Shown one piece after another: positions 29,370 through 46,277 of a DNA stretch of 64,000 nt. How positions within the stretch are numbered: the stretch's first letter is position 1; each line of letters begins with the position of its first letter. The stretch lies in NCBI RefSeq assembly GCF_009914755.1, contig NC_060947.1. One strand, 5' to 3'. The notes below the pieces were generated by a model. That model was not told where the DNA came from and searched no databases. It saw nothing but the letters and a program-made list of their open reading frames with translations. The position numbers were made by a program, and so were the translations under genes. The DNA comes from the human T2T-CHM13v2.0 reference genome, Homo sapiens.

Positions 29370-31360
29370 GGTTTTGTTAAACTGCTTTACTTAGATATAG
29401 TTCACATATCATACAATTCACCCATTGAAAGTGTACTATTCAGTGGTTTGGGGGCATATTCCATTATTAATTTTAAAAGCATTGTATGAAAATACATATA
29501 ACATAAAACTTGCCATTTTAACCACTTTCTAAATGCAAAATTTAGTGTCATTAATTACACAATGTTGTGCAACCATCACCACTATCTGTTTCCAAAACTA
29601 TTTCATCATCTGAAATAGAAACTCTATAACTCATTTAGGAATAACTCCCTGTTCTCCCCTCCCTGGAGCCCGTGGTAACCTCTAATCCACTTTCTGTCTC
29701 TATGAATTTGCCTACTCTAGATATTTCATAAATGTGGAATCATAGACTATTTGACCTTTCACGTTTGGCTTCCTTCATTTGCAAAATGCGTTTTTTAATT
29801 ATTGAGTTTTTCCCCTCTTATTTTTAGTTGATATGTAATAATTGTACATATTTAATGGGATACAGAGTGATGTTTCGATATGTGTATGTAATGTGTAATT
29901 AGCAAATGAGGGTAATTGGCTCATCCATCATCTCAAACATTTATTATTTCTTTGTGTTGTGAACATTCAAAATCTTCTCTTTCACTTAGCATAGTGTTTT
30001 CAATGTCCATCAATGTTGTAGCATGTATCCAAACTTCCTGTTTATGGCTAAATAATATTTCATTGTATGGATATACTATATTTTGTTTATTTATCTGTTG
30101 ATGGACACTTGGGTTGTTTCTGCCTTTCAGCTATTGTGAATAATGCTGCAATGAACACTGATGGACAAGTATCTGGTCAAGTCCCTGCTTTCAGTTTTTT
30201 TGAGTATATACCTAGGAGTTGAATTGTTGGGTCAAATGATATCTCTATGTTTAACATTTTGAGAACAGCCAGACTGTTTTCCAAAGCAGCTGCACAATTT
30301 TAGATTCCCAGCAGCAATGTAGGAGAGTTCCAATTTCTTTACACCGTCATGATCATATATTTTCCAATATTTGTATTATAGCAATTTGAGTGAGGGTGAA
30401 GTGGTGTCTTATTGTGATTTTGATTTGTGTTTCCCTAATGGCTAATGGTGGTGTTGAGCATCTTTTTATGTGCTTATTGGGTATATGTGTATGTGTGTGT
30501 GTATATATATATGTGAATATATATGCAATGAATATATGTATATATATTCATTCTTTGGTAAATGACTATTCAGATCCTTTGCCCATTATAATTGGCTTAT
30601 TTCTTTTCATTATCACATTGTAAGAATTATTTATGTATTCCAGATACATGTTTCTTATCAGACATTTTATTTTAAAATATATTTTTGCATTCTGTGATTT
30701 ATCTTTTCATTTTCTTCTGGTATTCTTTGAAGCACAAACTCTTTAATTTTGGTGATGTCTAATTTATCTATATTTTTGTTATAGTTGCTTGTACTTTTGG
30801 TGTTATATCTAAGTACCCATTGCCAAATCCAATGTCATAAAAATTCACCCTTATGTTTTTTTCTAAGAATGTTATAGTTTTAGCTCTCACATTTAAGTCT
30901 TTGACCAATTTTGAGTTAATTTTTGTGTATGGTGTGAGGTAGGGGTACAATTTTCTTCTTTTGCATGTAGATATCCAGATGTGTCAGCATCATTTGTTGA
31001 AGGGACTATTCTTTCCTCATTGAATGATCTTGACTCTCTTGTACAAAAAAATCAACTGACTCAAGGAGCAGGGGTTCATTTCTGGACTCAGTTCTGTTTG
31101 ATTGATCTATATGTCAATGCAATGCCAATACCATGCTATCTTGATCTTGATTACTCTTGCTTTGTAGTTAAGTTTTAAAATGGGAAGATGCGATTCCTCC
31201 AACTTTGTTCTTCTTTCAATATTGTTTGAGCTATTATATGTCCTTTGCATTACCATATGAATTTTAGGATCGGCTTGTCAATTTCTGCAAAGGAAACCAG
31301 CTGGGATTTTGATAGAAATTGTGTTGAATCTGCAGATAAATTTGGAGAGCATTACCATCT
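29370..31360 (-). mobile_element. Old L1M elements (3' UTR and ORF2 end), nested
   Basis: Colinear L1M motifs. The minus ORF 30768-30950 (PYLTPYTKINSK...) is a decayed L1 ORF2 segment. Confidence 0.82.
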
Positions 31361-31562
31361 TTACCCCTTCAGGCTTTTTGAAAAGCAGCAGGCTCTGCTA
31401 ACTTCCCCATCAGTGCCAGGTATCTAAGGTGGCAGGTGCTATAATATCCAGATAAGCCAATTACTTGTCCATTACTTTAATTTCACATTACTCCTAGATT
31501 GCACTGTTCAGTACAGAGGCCACTGGCCATGTGTGACTGCTGAGCACTTGAAATCTGGCTAG

Positions 31563-31911
<349 letters not shown>

Positions 31912-32049
31912 AAAGACACACCGGATTTCAAAGATTTGACACAAAAATATAAATGGAAAATATCTCAATAATTTAACCATATGTTGAAATGATAATATTT
32001 TAGATATGCTGGTTTAAGTAAAATATATTTACAAATTATTTTACCTATT

Positions 32050-32358
32050 TCTTTTTACTTTTACTTTTTTTTTTGAGACAAGGTCTTCCTCTGTTGCCCA
32101 GACTGGATGGAGTACAGTGGCATGATCATAGCTCACTGCAGCCTCAACCTTCTGGGCTCAAGTGATCCTCCCACCTCAGCCTCCTGAGTAGCTGAGACTC
32201 ACAGGCATGTGCCATAATGCCTGGCTAATTTTTTTTTTCTTTTTTTTTTATAGAAAGAGGGTTTCATTATGTTGCCCAAACTGGTCTTGAACTCCTGGAC
32301 TCAAGTGATCCTCTTGCTTTGGTCTCCCAAATGTTGGAATTACAGGAGTGAACCTGGC
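32050..32358 (-). mobile_element. Alu (AluJ-like)
   Basis: Full Alu motifs. Confidence 0.88.
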
Positions 32359-32547
32359 ACTTTTTTTTTTAAGTGGCTACTAGAACATTCAAAATATCTA
32401 TGTGGTTTATATTATATTTCTGTTGGTCATCACTGGTCTAGGGATTCTTAACATGGAGTCAACCTAGAAGGCAATGGTATAAGATTTAGGATGTCCTGGA
32501 ATCCACTGAACATTTGGCAAAATATTTGTGTGTGTGTGTGTGTATGT

Positions 32548-33450
<903 letters not shown>

Positions 33451-33718
33451 TATGTGTGCATTTTTTTCTAGAGAGACCTAAGCTTTCATCTGATTCTCAG
33501 AGAAGTCTATCTCTCAACCAAAAAAAAAAAACAAAAAAAACAAAAAAAAAAAACAAAAAACTTTAAGAACTGGTTTGGAGGAAATTAAAATGGAGGTTTT
33601 GACTAAGGAAGAGATTTCCTTGCAAAATTTCAGTGCTATATACAATATCTAATCACTTGGTATCAACTTAAAAAAAACATGGAAAGAGGTCCATAAAGAT
33701 AAAAACTCAATGTATACA

Positions 33719-33980
33719 TTTTTTTTTTTTTGAGACAGAGTCTCGCTCTGTTGCCCAAGCTGGTATGGAGTGACACAGCCTCAGCTCACTGCAACCTCCG
33801 CCTCCTGGGTTCAAGTGATTCTTCTGCCTCAGTCTCCCAAGTAGCTGGGATTACAGGCATGCACCAGCATGCTCAGCTAATTTTTTTTTTTTTTTTTTTT
33901 AATTTTTAGTGGAGACAGGGTTTTACCATGTTGGCCAGACTGGTCTCGGACTCCTGACCTCAGGTGATCCGCCCACCTTG
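33719..33980 (-). mobile_element. Alu, 5'-truncated
   Basis: Alu motifs stop at CCCACCTTG. TCAAT.TATAC repeated on the flanks. Confidence 0.88.
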
Positions 33981-35287
33981 TCAATATATACTTGAGTGAA
34001 ATAATCACAAGATTTCTCCCTGTAATCTCTCAGGCATGGTTCTCTATACTTGAGGAGCCACCAGGGCCTTGGGAGAAGGTGTACTGAGGCCCAGGTTAGA
34101 CCAAGTCTTTGTGATCCCACCCCTTGGTATTGCTGGAGTTACAGTTTGCATTCCTACTGTAGGGAGTGTGTGAGTTTCTCCTCATTCATACTTCCCTGCC
34201 ATTGTCAACCTTTCTCACCAGTTCTAAGAACTAAGTGTGTGAACTTCTCCTAGAGCTGAGACTTCCAGAGAAGGGGCTTGGCCAGGCCTAAGTAATAGGT
34301 ATGGATAAAAGGCAATGCCCAGCCTCCTTATGTTACCAGCAAGTAACATAAGTAGGAAAAGTGAAAAGAATAATATATTAGGCCAGATATGCTGTTATTC
34401 TTGGAAAACGGTTTCTGGAATCGGTGGCTGAATTCTGCCTCCCTATAATGAAGGGCTGAGCAGATTTGTGAGAGGCAGATCTCTGGATAATTGCATTGCT
34501 CAGCTCCCGGGGGAGAGGCCTGTGTGTAAGTTACTGCAGAAGGAAATGACCATGGCCCTTGTGCAAATGTGTTTTTTCTTCTACATCGCCCTTGAAGTAA
34601 CTCTCCATGTGTTTCTGTAAGGAAAATTCATGTCTTGTAGGACTCATAGGAAATGCCTATTCTAACAGGCTCACCAGCAACTGCTCTAGCACCTGGTGCC
34701 CAGGCAATTTAGATTCTACCTGGTATTATTGGTCTGATTCTTGTTGCAAACACTCGTGACAGAAGTTAGCGATAAGAACCCGGGGACTCTGAGATGGAGA
34801 AAGTTCTAGATTCTGGCCTGGCAGATGCTGTCTTATTTCTCATCCCACTCAGGAGCTGGAAACTAAGAGAGCCTTGGGTTGGAAGCAGGAGGCACCAGGC
34901 TCTAGAACCATCCCAATGTCCCTCATTTACCTTGGGGCCTTACTTGCATCATCTGCTGGCTGAGGGGCTAGGCTAGTTGACCTCAAGGGTCTGCCTGCCT
35001 GCTCTGTCCCTGGGTGATTTCTGTCTCTTCCTGGTTGCAGCACGGAGAGTAGGACATGTGGAGAACGTGGAAACCCACCTCTGGGCCTTGTGCTGGCTGT
35101 AGCAGGGAGCTCTGCAGTGCCCTTGTTTGAAAGGCATAAGCTTAGCTGCTGCCAGGCCCTTCCCAGTCTCCTGCTGGAACACAGCACTGGAACTGGACCT
35201 CAGGCACCATCCTACCCTGCCCCTGGCAACCCCAAATCCTACACCTCCATCATCCAAATCAGCCACCCTGATTAACAATAGAAACGC

Positions 35288-35557
35288 AGCCAGGTGTGGT
35301 GGCTCACACCTGTAATATCAGCACTTAGGGAGTCCAAGGCGGGTGGATCACTCGAGTCCACCCTGGGCAACATGGCGAGACCCCTGTGTCTACAAAAAAA
35401 ATACAAAAAATTAGCTGGGCATGGTGGCACACACCTATAGTTCCAGCTACTCGGGAGGCTAAGGTGGGGGATCACATGAGCCTGGGTAGTCAAGGCTGCA
35501 GTGAGCCATGATTGTGCTGCTGCACTGCAGCCTGGGCGACAGAGTGAGACTCTGTCT

Positions 35558-35597
<40 letters not shown>

Positions 35598-35626
35598 AAA
35601 AGAAAAAAAAGAAAAGAAAAGAAAAA
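35288..35626 (+). mobile_element. Alu (AluJ-like) with long A tail
   Basis: Full Alu with an internal deletion and an A37 + (GAAAA)n tail. Confidence 0.9.
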
Positions 35627-37004
35627 CTGTGGAGGTTTTAGGCAAGAAATCAACACTCCCTGAGAGCTCAAACAAGGGCCATCAAATTCACATCCCCTTG
35701 AAAATCAGCACCTAGGAGTGAGTATGCCCTTATTCGTGTAACCAATCCTTTCCCCCCACTCTCTCTCCCCAATCTCAGTTGTTATAATAATGTTGAGTGG
35801 GTTTGGAATTATTACAAATAAAAAATGCCAGAAGATTTTTGGATAAGAAAAACTAAGCTCTGCAGCTTCCGGAGAACTCTTCAAGAGGAAGAATGTGGAA
35901 GGCACTTGAAACCAGTCCTGGCTGGCTGCCTTCTCTGAAGTCTACGGTTTCATGTGGACTCACAGGAACATTACGGATGGCACCTCTGAGACACTCAGCA
36001 ACTGAGGAAGTTGGATTCAGCTGCTGTGACTTGCAATTCAGGACTTAAGGCCAAAAGCCAAATGAGAATCTCAGAAAACTGAGCCCCATGTGCTTGCTGG
36101 CTTCCATCTCACCTGGGAATACGAACTTCTGGAAGCATCCAGGCCAGATCGTATGAGAAGGCCTGTGACTCACTGTGCTTCAGAGCACACACCAGCCTGG
36201 AAGGTATTTTCTCAAGCAACAGGAGCAAGGCCTGTGGCTCACAGACTAGGTGGGGGAGTCGTGGATCAACACAGCCAAGCCCAGGTGCAAGGAGAAAGGA
36301 ATCACTGCAAAGCTTCTCTATATAAGCAGCAGGCTCCTACTGGGAGCGGGTGTTGGATGTGGGTACGTGAGCGGGCAGGCTTCCTGCCTCACTGCTGGAG
36401 AAAGTCATTCTGTAACTGAAGCTCTTGTCAGGATGAATTGAGTGGACGGGCCTGGCAAGCTCTTGGAGAACATGAAGACCTTTTTCCTTAGGTCTGTGGC
36501 CGGCTCATAGCACAGGCTTCAGCTGTTCTAGTCAACTCTTGGGAGGCCTAAGCCTTCCTCATAGTGTGGCTATATAGAACCTGATCTCCTGTTAGACACT
36601 CGTTCTGCTCCCAGTGTCCCACTGAGCTGTAACCGATACTCATCTCTAAATCATTGATGGCTTTGCTATGAGCACACTCTTGCAAACCTAGATTCTGCCT
36701 AGCAGTTGAGTGGCGACTTCAGTGGGATTTCAGTATCTCCTGGGGATGACCTGTAATGGATGGCCATCCCATGGGGCCTTACCTCCTGCCCTAGCTAAGG
36801 GATGAAGCAACAATGACCAATAAGAGAGATGTTGGAAGATATCTGAGATAGACCCTTAAGCCCCAAAATACAAAAGATAGGGGGCTGGAGTCCCATTGCA
36901 TTGTTAGGCAAAATCAGACCACTGGTGAGGCTTTAAAAATGCCATTTCAAGAGAAATTATTAATAATCAGTAGATGAGGCAAGACAGATTAATAGCAAGT
37001 TTCT

Positions 37005-37767
<763 letters not shown>

Positions 37768-38290
37768 TCATTTCTCCATGTGAGCCTCAGAACCAGCCTG
37801 GAGCAGGCAGTACAGGACTTAATGTAATTGATAGTGTTCTTAGTGATACCGGGGCTGACCCGATGCTGGAGAGAATGTTGACAAAAACTTCCCCACTTTT
37901 CTAGAGTTTTACCAAAACTCACATAGGGCAGCCATGCTGGGGAACCATAGATTTCATATTATCAACTGCTATAGGACTAAATGAGAGTCTGAAATCACAG
38001 GAAATGAGACCATCAACATTAGAACTAACCCTTTGATGCAACAGAAAATCCCAAAGTTTAAAAGCGACTTAAAGAACTAAGGAGACGGTAAACTTACCCC
38101 TGAGAAGGAGAATTTGTGGCAATCAGTTTGGGATAGATTCTAATTTGTTGGGAGCCCTAAGCTGTGTTTGAAATATTCATGATATTAGGAAGACGACCAC
38201 TAACTACAGGCTTCTCTGGACTAAAATAATGGTAACGTAGTAAACTTTTTATAATCCAACAGATTTGGCAAACTAAATATACTGTTTTCT

Positions 38291-38720
38291 TTTTTTTTTT
38301 TTTTTTCTTTTGAGACAAGATCTCGCTTTGTTACCCAGGCTAGAGTGCAGTGGCATGAACATAGCTCACTGCAGCCTTGACCTTTGGGGCTCAAGTGATC
38401 CTCCCACCTTGGTCTCCCAAAATGCTGGGATTACAGGCATGAGCCACTGTGCCTGGCCTATGCTGTTTTCCTTTTTATATATACATACATTGCTTATTGA
38501 TTTTCATAGAATTCAAGTATGGTAAAATATGCAGAACAAAAACATACTGGAGGTGGGTGTAGTGGCATGTGCCTGTAGTCCCAGCTACTTAGGAGGCTGA
38601 GGTGGGAGATTCACTTAAGCATGGGAGGTTGAGGCTGCAGTGAGCCATGCGCTCCAGCCTGGGTGACAGAGTGAGACCCTGTCTCAAACAAACAAACAAA
38701 CAAACAAGAACAAAAACAAA
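38291..38720. mobile_element. Two partial Alus in opposite orientation (38291-38458 -, 38550-38720 +)
   Basis: Monomer-length Alu segments. Confidence 0.8.
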
Positions 38721-39505
38721 ACACACACACTGGGAAAGCATCTAATCTTTCTTGGATGATTTAGGACTTTGATTGCTCTAAATAGAAAGTTAAGGAGGAA
38801 ATTGATTCGGAAGTTTAGACAGCATGTGGCCACTTGAAAACAACTCAGTTTTTGCCGCAGTTCCTAGACAACATTTTTGCCCTGTTGGGTTTTTGCAACT
38901 GTAGCCATAAACAAGTTCTAGAAAATTGGGAGAGAATAAGGCTTTCTCGTTGGTAACATGGCAGAAAACAATATGATATCATTCTAAGTGAAATGAGCCC
39001 TAGGTTACTAATGAATGCTCCATCAGTAGCAATTGAAGCAGGTCACAGTTGAGGGATACGATTACATTTCACATTTGGCCAGTGCTTAGTGGCCTCATTG
39101 CTGTATAAGTGTGAAGGTCTGTGGTCCTGGTTGTCTGAGAGAAAGTGAGTAGTTTCTACTCCATCTGCCAGGGCTTTGGACACTCAAATTGATGTTCCTT
39201 CCATAAACATCTTCTGTGGTGTGACCAAGTGTAAGAGGTGGAGCTGAGCACTGTGGGGGATGCCAGGCTAAATGGTCCCATTGACTGCAAGCCTAAGGCA
39301 GACACTCTTATTTGGAATTCCCTATCCTCTAGAAGTTTCTCCTGTCACAGTTATGGATGGTGTCTGGAAAGCTCTGAGGACAGGATACACCTCTTCAGAT
39401 TTTCCAGAAGGGCAAAACATTGTTACTACTGGCAATGTATTGTAATGGTAAAAATAAATGTAATTAGCCATGGTAATTGTGAAACACAAGTCATGCTTCT
39501 ATTTA

Positions 39506-39862
<357 letters not shown>

Positions 39863-40719
39863 TTAAATCCAAGAAATCCATGCCCTGCTCTCTCCTCATA
39901 CTTTTTCTTTTGCTATGCCTTTGCTCATTCAGGGTAAAGGAAAATCTACAGGTTCTTGATTGTGGAAACCTGTAAGCAACCAGTCTCTAGGATCCATGCA
40001 AAAAGCTCCTTTTCATTTCAAAATAGGCTGCATTTAGTGCCCTGGCTAACACAAAAATGTGGGCAACAAATTCATCCCAAGTACCAAAGATTATTGTGGG
40101 ACGGGGAGTATTTTCAGAGACAGAACATTTCCTACCTCCTCAATTAGTGAATTCAGTCTATTCTGTGGTCGTGTTCATGAACATTTAGGTGTGGGGGCTG
40201 GGTGGGGAGGAGTGGCCTCTCAGCCTTCCCTGAGAGAACAGCACAGAAGGGGTTACCTAATTCCACTGTGGGAGTTTTATCTGCCTCCTGGATGGTTCAG
40301 TGTAGGTCTACGTCTAGACTGATTACAAAAGCACCAACAAAACAAAATAAATACCTAACATCTTACAGAAAAGGCATGAAACAAAACAGTATGAGTGGGG
40401 AGAACAATGCCTCTGTTGTGACAGGAAGTCTTCGTGAGGATGATGGAATTCCTGCACCCCAGGTTTTAATTTGTAAAAGCAACATTAAACGTCTCAAAGC
40501 AGGCCCTGGCTTGAACACATTAATTTTGAAGGCAATGTGTTTGGTTAGATAAGGGATTTTTTTTTTTTCACTGCCACTAGGTCAAAATGAAGATCAGTAT
40601 AACTAACTCCGTCTGCATGGGCACAGATTTCAGAAAACAGCCTTTACTCTCATTCACCAATATAACCATTTGTTAATTCTGCTCCTTCCAAGTGACAAGG
40701 TGTGTGCAATGTGATTGAA

Positions 40720-40885
40720 AAGGCTCTGGTTGGCTCAGTCCTGACTTGCACTCACTGTGCTGTGTGACCTTAAACAAATCTCTTAACCTTTCTGAGCCTC
40801 AATTTCTACATATGTAAAATGAGGGGGTTGGGGTTGCTAATGTATCTTTGTGAGGTGAAGACTCTAACAAAGCAAAATAAATGTA
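40720..40885 (+). mobile_element. MIR
   Basis: GCTGTGTGACCTTAAACAAATCTCTTAACCTTTCTGAGCCTCAATTTC core. Confidence 0.75.
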
Positions 40886-41537
40886 ACAATCCCATTGCCT
40901 AATGGTGCTGACGACCGGACCGGGGACTTTCACCCAAAAAGAAAGCTGTAACATCATATCCAAAGTAGTTTTTAAATATGTCATTCTAAACTGAAGCTGC
41001 AGTTGAGTGATGGCTTGCTCTAGAATTCTAAGTCGAATCACCTCTCAAACTCTAAGGTCAGTGTATAACTAGGTGGCAACTATGTCACATAATTGAAGGT
41101 ACATTTGTTAAGCCAGTAGTTTCAAATGGCCTGAGGCAGAACATTTTGAATGCTTGTTCATTCCCTCAATGTTCATCCCCTCAAATATCTATTGAACACC
41201 TACTATGTACCAGGCTCTGCAGACAAGATGTTTCTCCTGGAATCCTATGCCCTCTCCTCCCTTCCCACCCCTGACTTTCCCCTTTCCCTTTCTTTGCTTT
41301 TGGTTTTGTTTGTGACCCGTGGTGCAAAGGATTGAGTGAAAGCTACTGCTCAGTTCATGGTAGGCACCATAGTTGGTCCAGATAAGGCCCTTCTCTTGGT
41401 TTGTTTCATTCATTCATTTATTCTATTTTATTCCCAAAGCTCACTGCCATTTCCCTCCCTGCAAAGGTACCCATTCTAATGCTGTAAATGTATACCTTTT
41501 AGTATGTCTGTATTTTTGTAAAATATGTATTGTCTCC

Positions 41538-42394
41538 TGTATATATATATATACACACATATATACACATATATATGCATATATACGCATATATATGCGT
41601 ATATATACATATATACGCATATACACGCGTATATATACATATATACACATATACACATGTATATATATACACATATACACGTGTATATATACATATATAC
41701 GTGTATATATATACATATATACATATATACGTGTATATATATACATATATATACATATATACATATATACACGTATATACGTATATATATACATATATAC
41801 ATATATACGTGTATATATATACATATATACATATATACACGTATATACGTGTATATATACATATATACATATATACGTGTATATATATACATATATACAC
41901 GTATATACGTGTATATATATACATATATACATATATACACGTATATACGTGTATATATACATATATACACGTATATACGTGTATATATACATATATACAC
42001 GTATATACGTGTATATATACATATATACATATATACACGTATATACGTGTATATATACGTATATACGTATATACGTGTATATATACACGTATATACGTAT
42101 ATACGTGTATATATACGTATATACACGTATATACGTGTATATATACGTATATACACACGTATATACGTATATATACGTATATACACGTATATACGTGTAT
42201 ACACATGTATATACACGTATATATACACATGTATACGTGTATATATATATACGTGTATATATATACGTATATACGTGTATATATATACGTATATACGTGT
42301 ATATATATACGTATATACGTGTATATATACACGTATACATATATACATGTGTATATATATATACATATACTTATATGTATATATATATATATAC
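41538..42394. repeat. Compound alternating purine-pyrimidine (TA/CA/CG/TG) array, about 850 bp
   Basis: Continuous RY alternation with a 30-bp higher-order unit ATATATACACGTATATACGTGTATATATAC. Adjacent to an Alu tail. Confidence 0.97.
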
Positions 42395-42395
42395 T

Positions 42396-42692
<297 letters not shown>

Positions 42693-42786
42693 TGTGCATA
42701 TATTTTAATTAATTCAAATGGTGAGATGCTATATAGCCCATGGAGTTTCTTGCCTTTTTTCTTTTTTACCCATACTAGGGTTTTAA

Positions 42787-43455
<669 letters not shown>

Positions 43456-43996
43456 CTATGCTTTATTTTTCTATGTTTTTAATGTGAATCTTTCAAACTC
43501 AATACATTAATTTCTAAATATATAAAAGTGAATAAAAAGCTATGACCTTATTTGGTTGTTTCCTTGGCAAACCTAGAAGACCTTCTACATCCAAACTAGT
43601 ACTGTGACTTTCCAAGAGGCCCCCTTAGAAGGGAATCATTGCACCAGGGACAGTGTCCTCAAATTTTCTGGAACTTTTCTTTGGAAAAAAAGAGAAACTT
43701 CCATAGTCCATAGCACATTTTTTGGAATCTTCTTGGGGTGAGGGAGGGAAGGGGCTTTGTTTCTTGAAGGCAGATTTGATTTTTGGAAACAGCTAAAAGC
43801 TACTTGGCAGCAAGTGTAGTGAATGAGGTGGGTGATCAAACTGAAAAATATTCTTTTTGCTTCCAAACAAGGTGTGACTATAAAGAAATGAGGCTGATTT
43901 TCTTGTATGGCACATAAACTAGCTCAACAGCAATTCCAAAAGAGGACTTCCAAAAATGCTGTGGCCTTGGCAAGAAAAAATATTTCTCCACCCCAG

Positions 43997-44000
<4 letters not shown>

Positions 44001-44064
<64 letters not shown>
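44001..44064 (+). repeat. (CA)32 microsatellite
   Basis: Perfect CA run. Confidence 0.97.
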
Positions 44065-44066
<2 letters not shown>

Positions 44067-44540
44067 GTATGGCATCTGGCTCAATCCATAGACAAGGGAA
44101 ACCAAAAGCCTTTGGAACGTATTTAGAAAACCAATTGTGCAAGTATGGGATGGAAGACACCTGGCTGGGCAGCCATTCTTGAAAAAACCTATCACAGTTG
44201 CAGTTAGCCAGAACATGGAATTATCATGCACTAAAGAGTGTGATGTGGCTGCTCAGCAAGTGTCTGAATCCTAGGACTGCTCTGGCAGAGGTCCTGGACT
44301 TCTGCGGGAACAGAGACACCCATCGGCCACACTGTTGTTCAGGCTCTCCCTGCCATGGGCTCAGCTATGGGCCTGACAGGACAAGAGGACCACTGGCCCA
44401 CTGGAGCCCGGCTCACGAAGGAGCTTGTCAGCGCTGTCCAATGTGTTTGGAAAAGCAGACAACCCAGAGGAGGCAAGTGTCAGTGACTGAAAATTATTGC
44501 GAAAAGGGAGCTATGTGAAAACTAGTGCCATCTTAGTCTC

Positions 44541-44857
44541 TTTTTTTTTGTTTGTATAAATTTAAGGGACACAAGTGCAGTTTTGATTCATGGATGTATT
44601 GCATAGTGGTGAAGTCTGGGCTTTCAGTGTAACCATCACCCAAATAGTGTACATTGTACCCATTAAGTAATTTCTTACCCCTTACTCCCTCCCATCCTCT
44701 CACCTTTCCCAGTCTCCAGTGTTTATTATTCCACTCTCAATGTTCATGTGTACACGTTATTTAGCTCCCACTTATAAGTGAGGACATGCAGTATTTAACT
44801 TTCTATCTCTGAGTTGTTTTACTTAAGAGAATAGCCTCTAGTTCCATCAATGTTGCT
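44541..44857 (-). mobile_element. 5'-truncated L1 3' end (L1MA/L1PB-type) fused to U6
   Basis: L1 3' UTR motifs (TTAGCTCCCACTTATAAGTGAG on +) with a poly(T) tail at 44541. Directly abuts the U6 3' T-run. Confidence 0.88.
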
Positions 44858-44961
44858 AAAAATATGGAATGCTTCACAAATTTGCATGTCATTCATGCAC
44901 AGGGCCCATGCTAATCTCTGTATCATTCCGATTTTAGTATGTGTGCTGCCCAAGTGAGCAC
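44858..44961 (-). pseudogene. U6 snRNA retropseudogene (full length), 5' part of a U6-L1 chimera
   Basis: Minus strand GTGCTCACTTGGGCAGCACACATACTAAAATCGGAATGATACAGAGATTAGCATGG...GAAGCATTCCATATTTTT aligns end to end with U6, with about 12 substitutions (all 7 CpGs lost) and a 3-nt deletion. Confidence 0.95.
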
Positions 44962-45082
44962 GGCTATCTGAATCTCAGGATGCTCTTTATGGCAGAGCCA
45001 GAACCATAGGAGGAAATAATAGGAAGGCAGATTTAGGCTCACCCTAATAAAGACTGATTCATATTATAGAATTGTATGCTCA

Positions 45083-45204
45083 TGCACATTCTGCACATGT
45101 ATCCCAGGACTTAAAGTATAATAAAAAATAAATTAAAAATATATATATTTCTCAATAAAGCATTGGTTGTAAATACTGCAACAGTATGCAACTGCAAAAA
45201 AAAA
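45083..45204 (+). mobile_element. Very short L1PA 3' end plus about 55 bp of extra sequence and a second poly(A), inside a 15-bp TSD
   Basis: TGCACATTCTGCACATGTATCCCAGGACTTAAAGTATAATAAAAA is an L1PA terminus. TSD AGAATTGTATGCTCA (45068-45082) / AGAATTGTATGTTCA (45204-45218). Confidence 0.8.
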
Positions 45205-45281
45205 GAATTGTATGTTCAATACAATCTCATGTGTGCGAATATACATATACAGAGAGGGGGTGAAAGACTGGAAAAATATAA

Positions 45282-45473
<192 letters not shown>

Positions 45474-45923
45474 TAATAGTGGATTTCTATGTGGTATGGA
45501 ATTATGGGGCAAACATCATTTTCTAAACTTTACATAATTATGTGTTGTTAGATTTTTTATTACCTGTATTTCATTTGTAATAACTCTTTTCCTTTAAGAA
45601 ATGGATTTGCTAAAAATTCGAGGTATCCAACAACCAAACAGGCTACTTTGTGACCTAGTGAGAGCCCTGCCTTAGGAGGTAATCAAACAAACATTGTGGG
45701 ATGAACTATCAGGTCCCTTCCAGTCTAGGGACTCAGTATCTGTTATTTTAGGAATTAACCTTACTCAAGTACCAGAGTTGAGTTGGTGGAAGTTCACTCA
45801 TGCATCCAATGAGGAAGAGGCCTTCCAACACAATGGGGCAACTTCCCAGCTCCCAGGTCTCTTCTAAGAAAAAATAGTCAACATAATTCAAGTGTAGGAA
45901 GTTTAAATCAAAGGGTAGAATCA

Positions 45924-46277
<354 letters not shown>

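Noticed and set aside
33520-33560. Solo poly(A) retro-insertion
   Set aside because: No TSD found. More simply an expanded A-tract.
44858-44961. Functional U6 snRNA gene
   Set aside because: About 12 substitutions with full CpG decay, a 3-nt deletion next to the ACAGAGA box, fusion to L1 and no evident upstream TATA/PSE mark it as a retrocopy.
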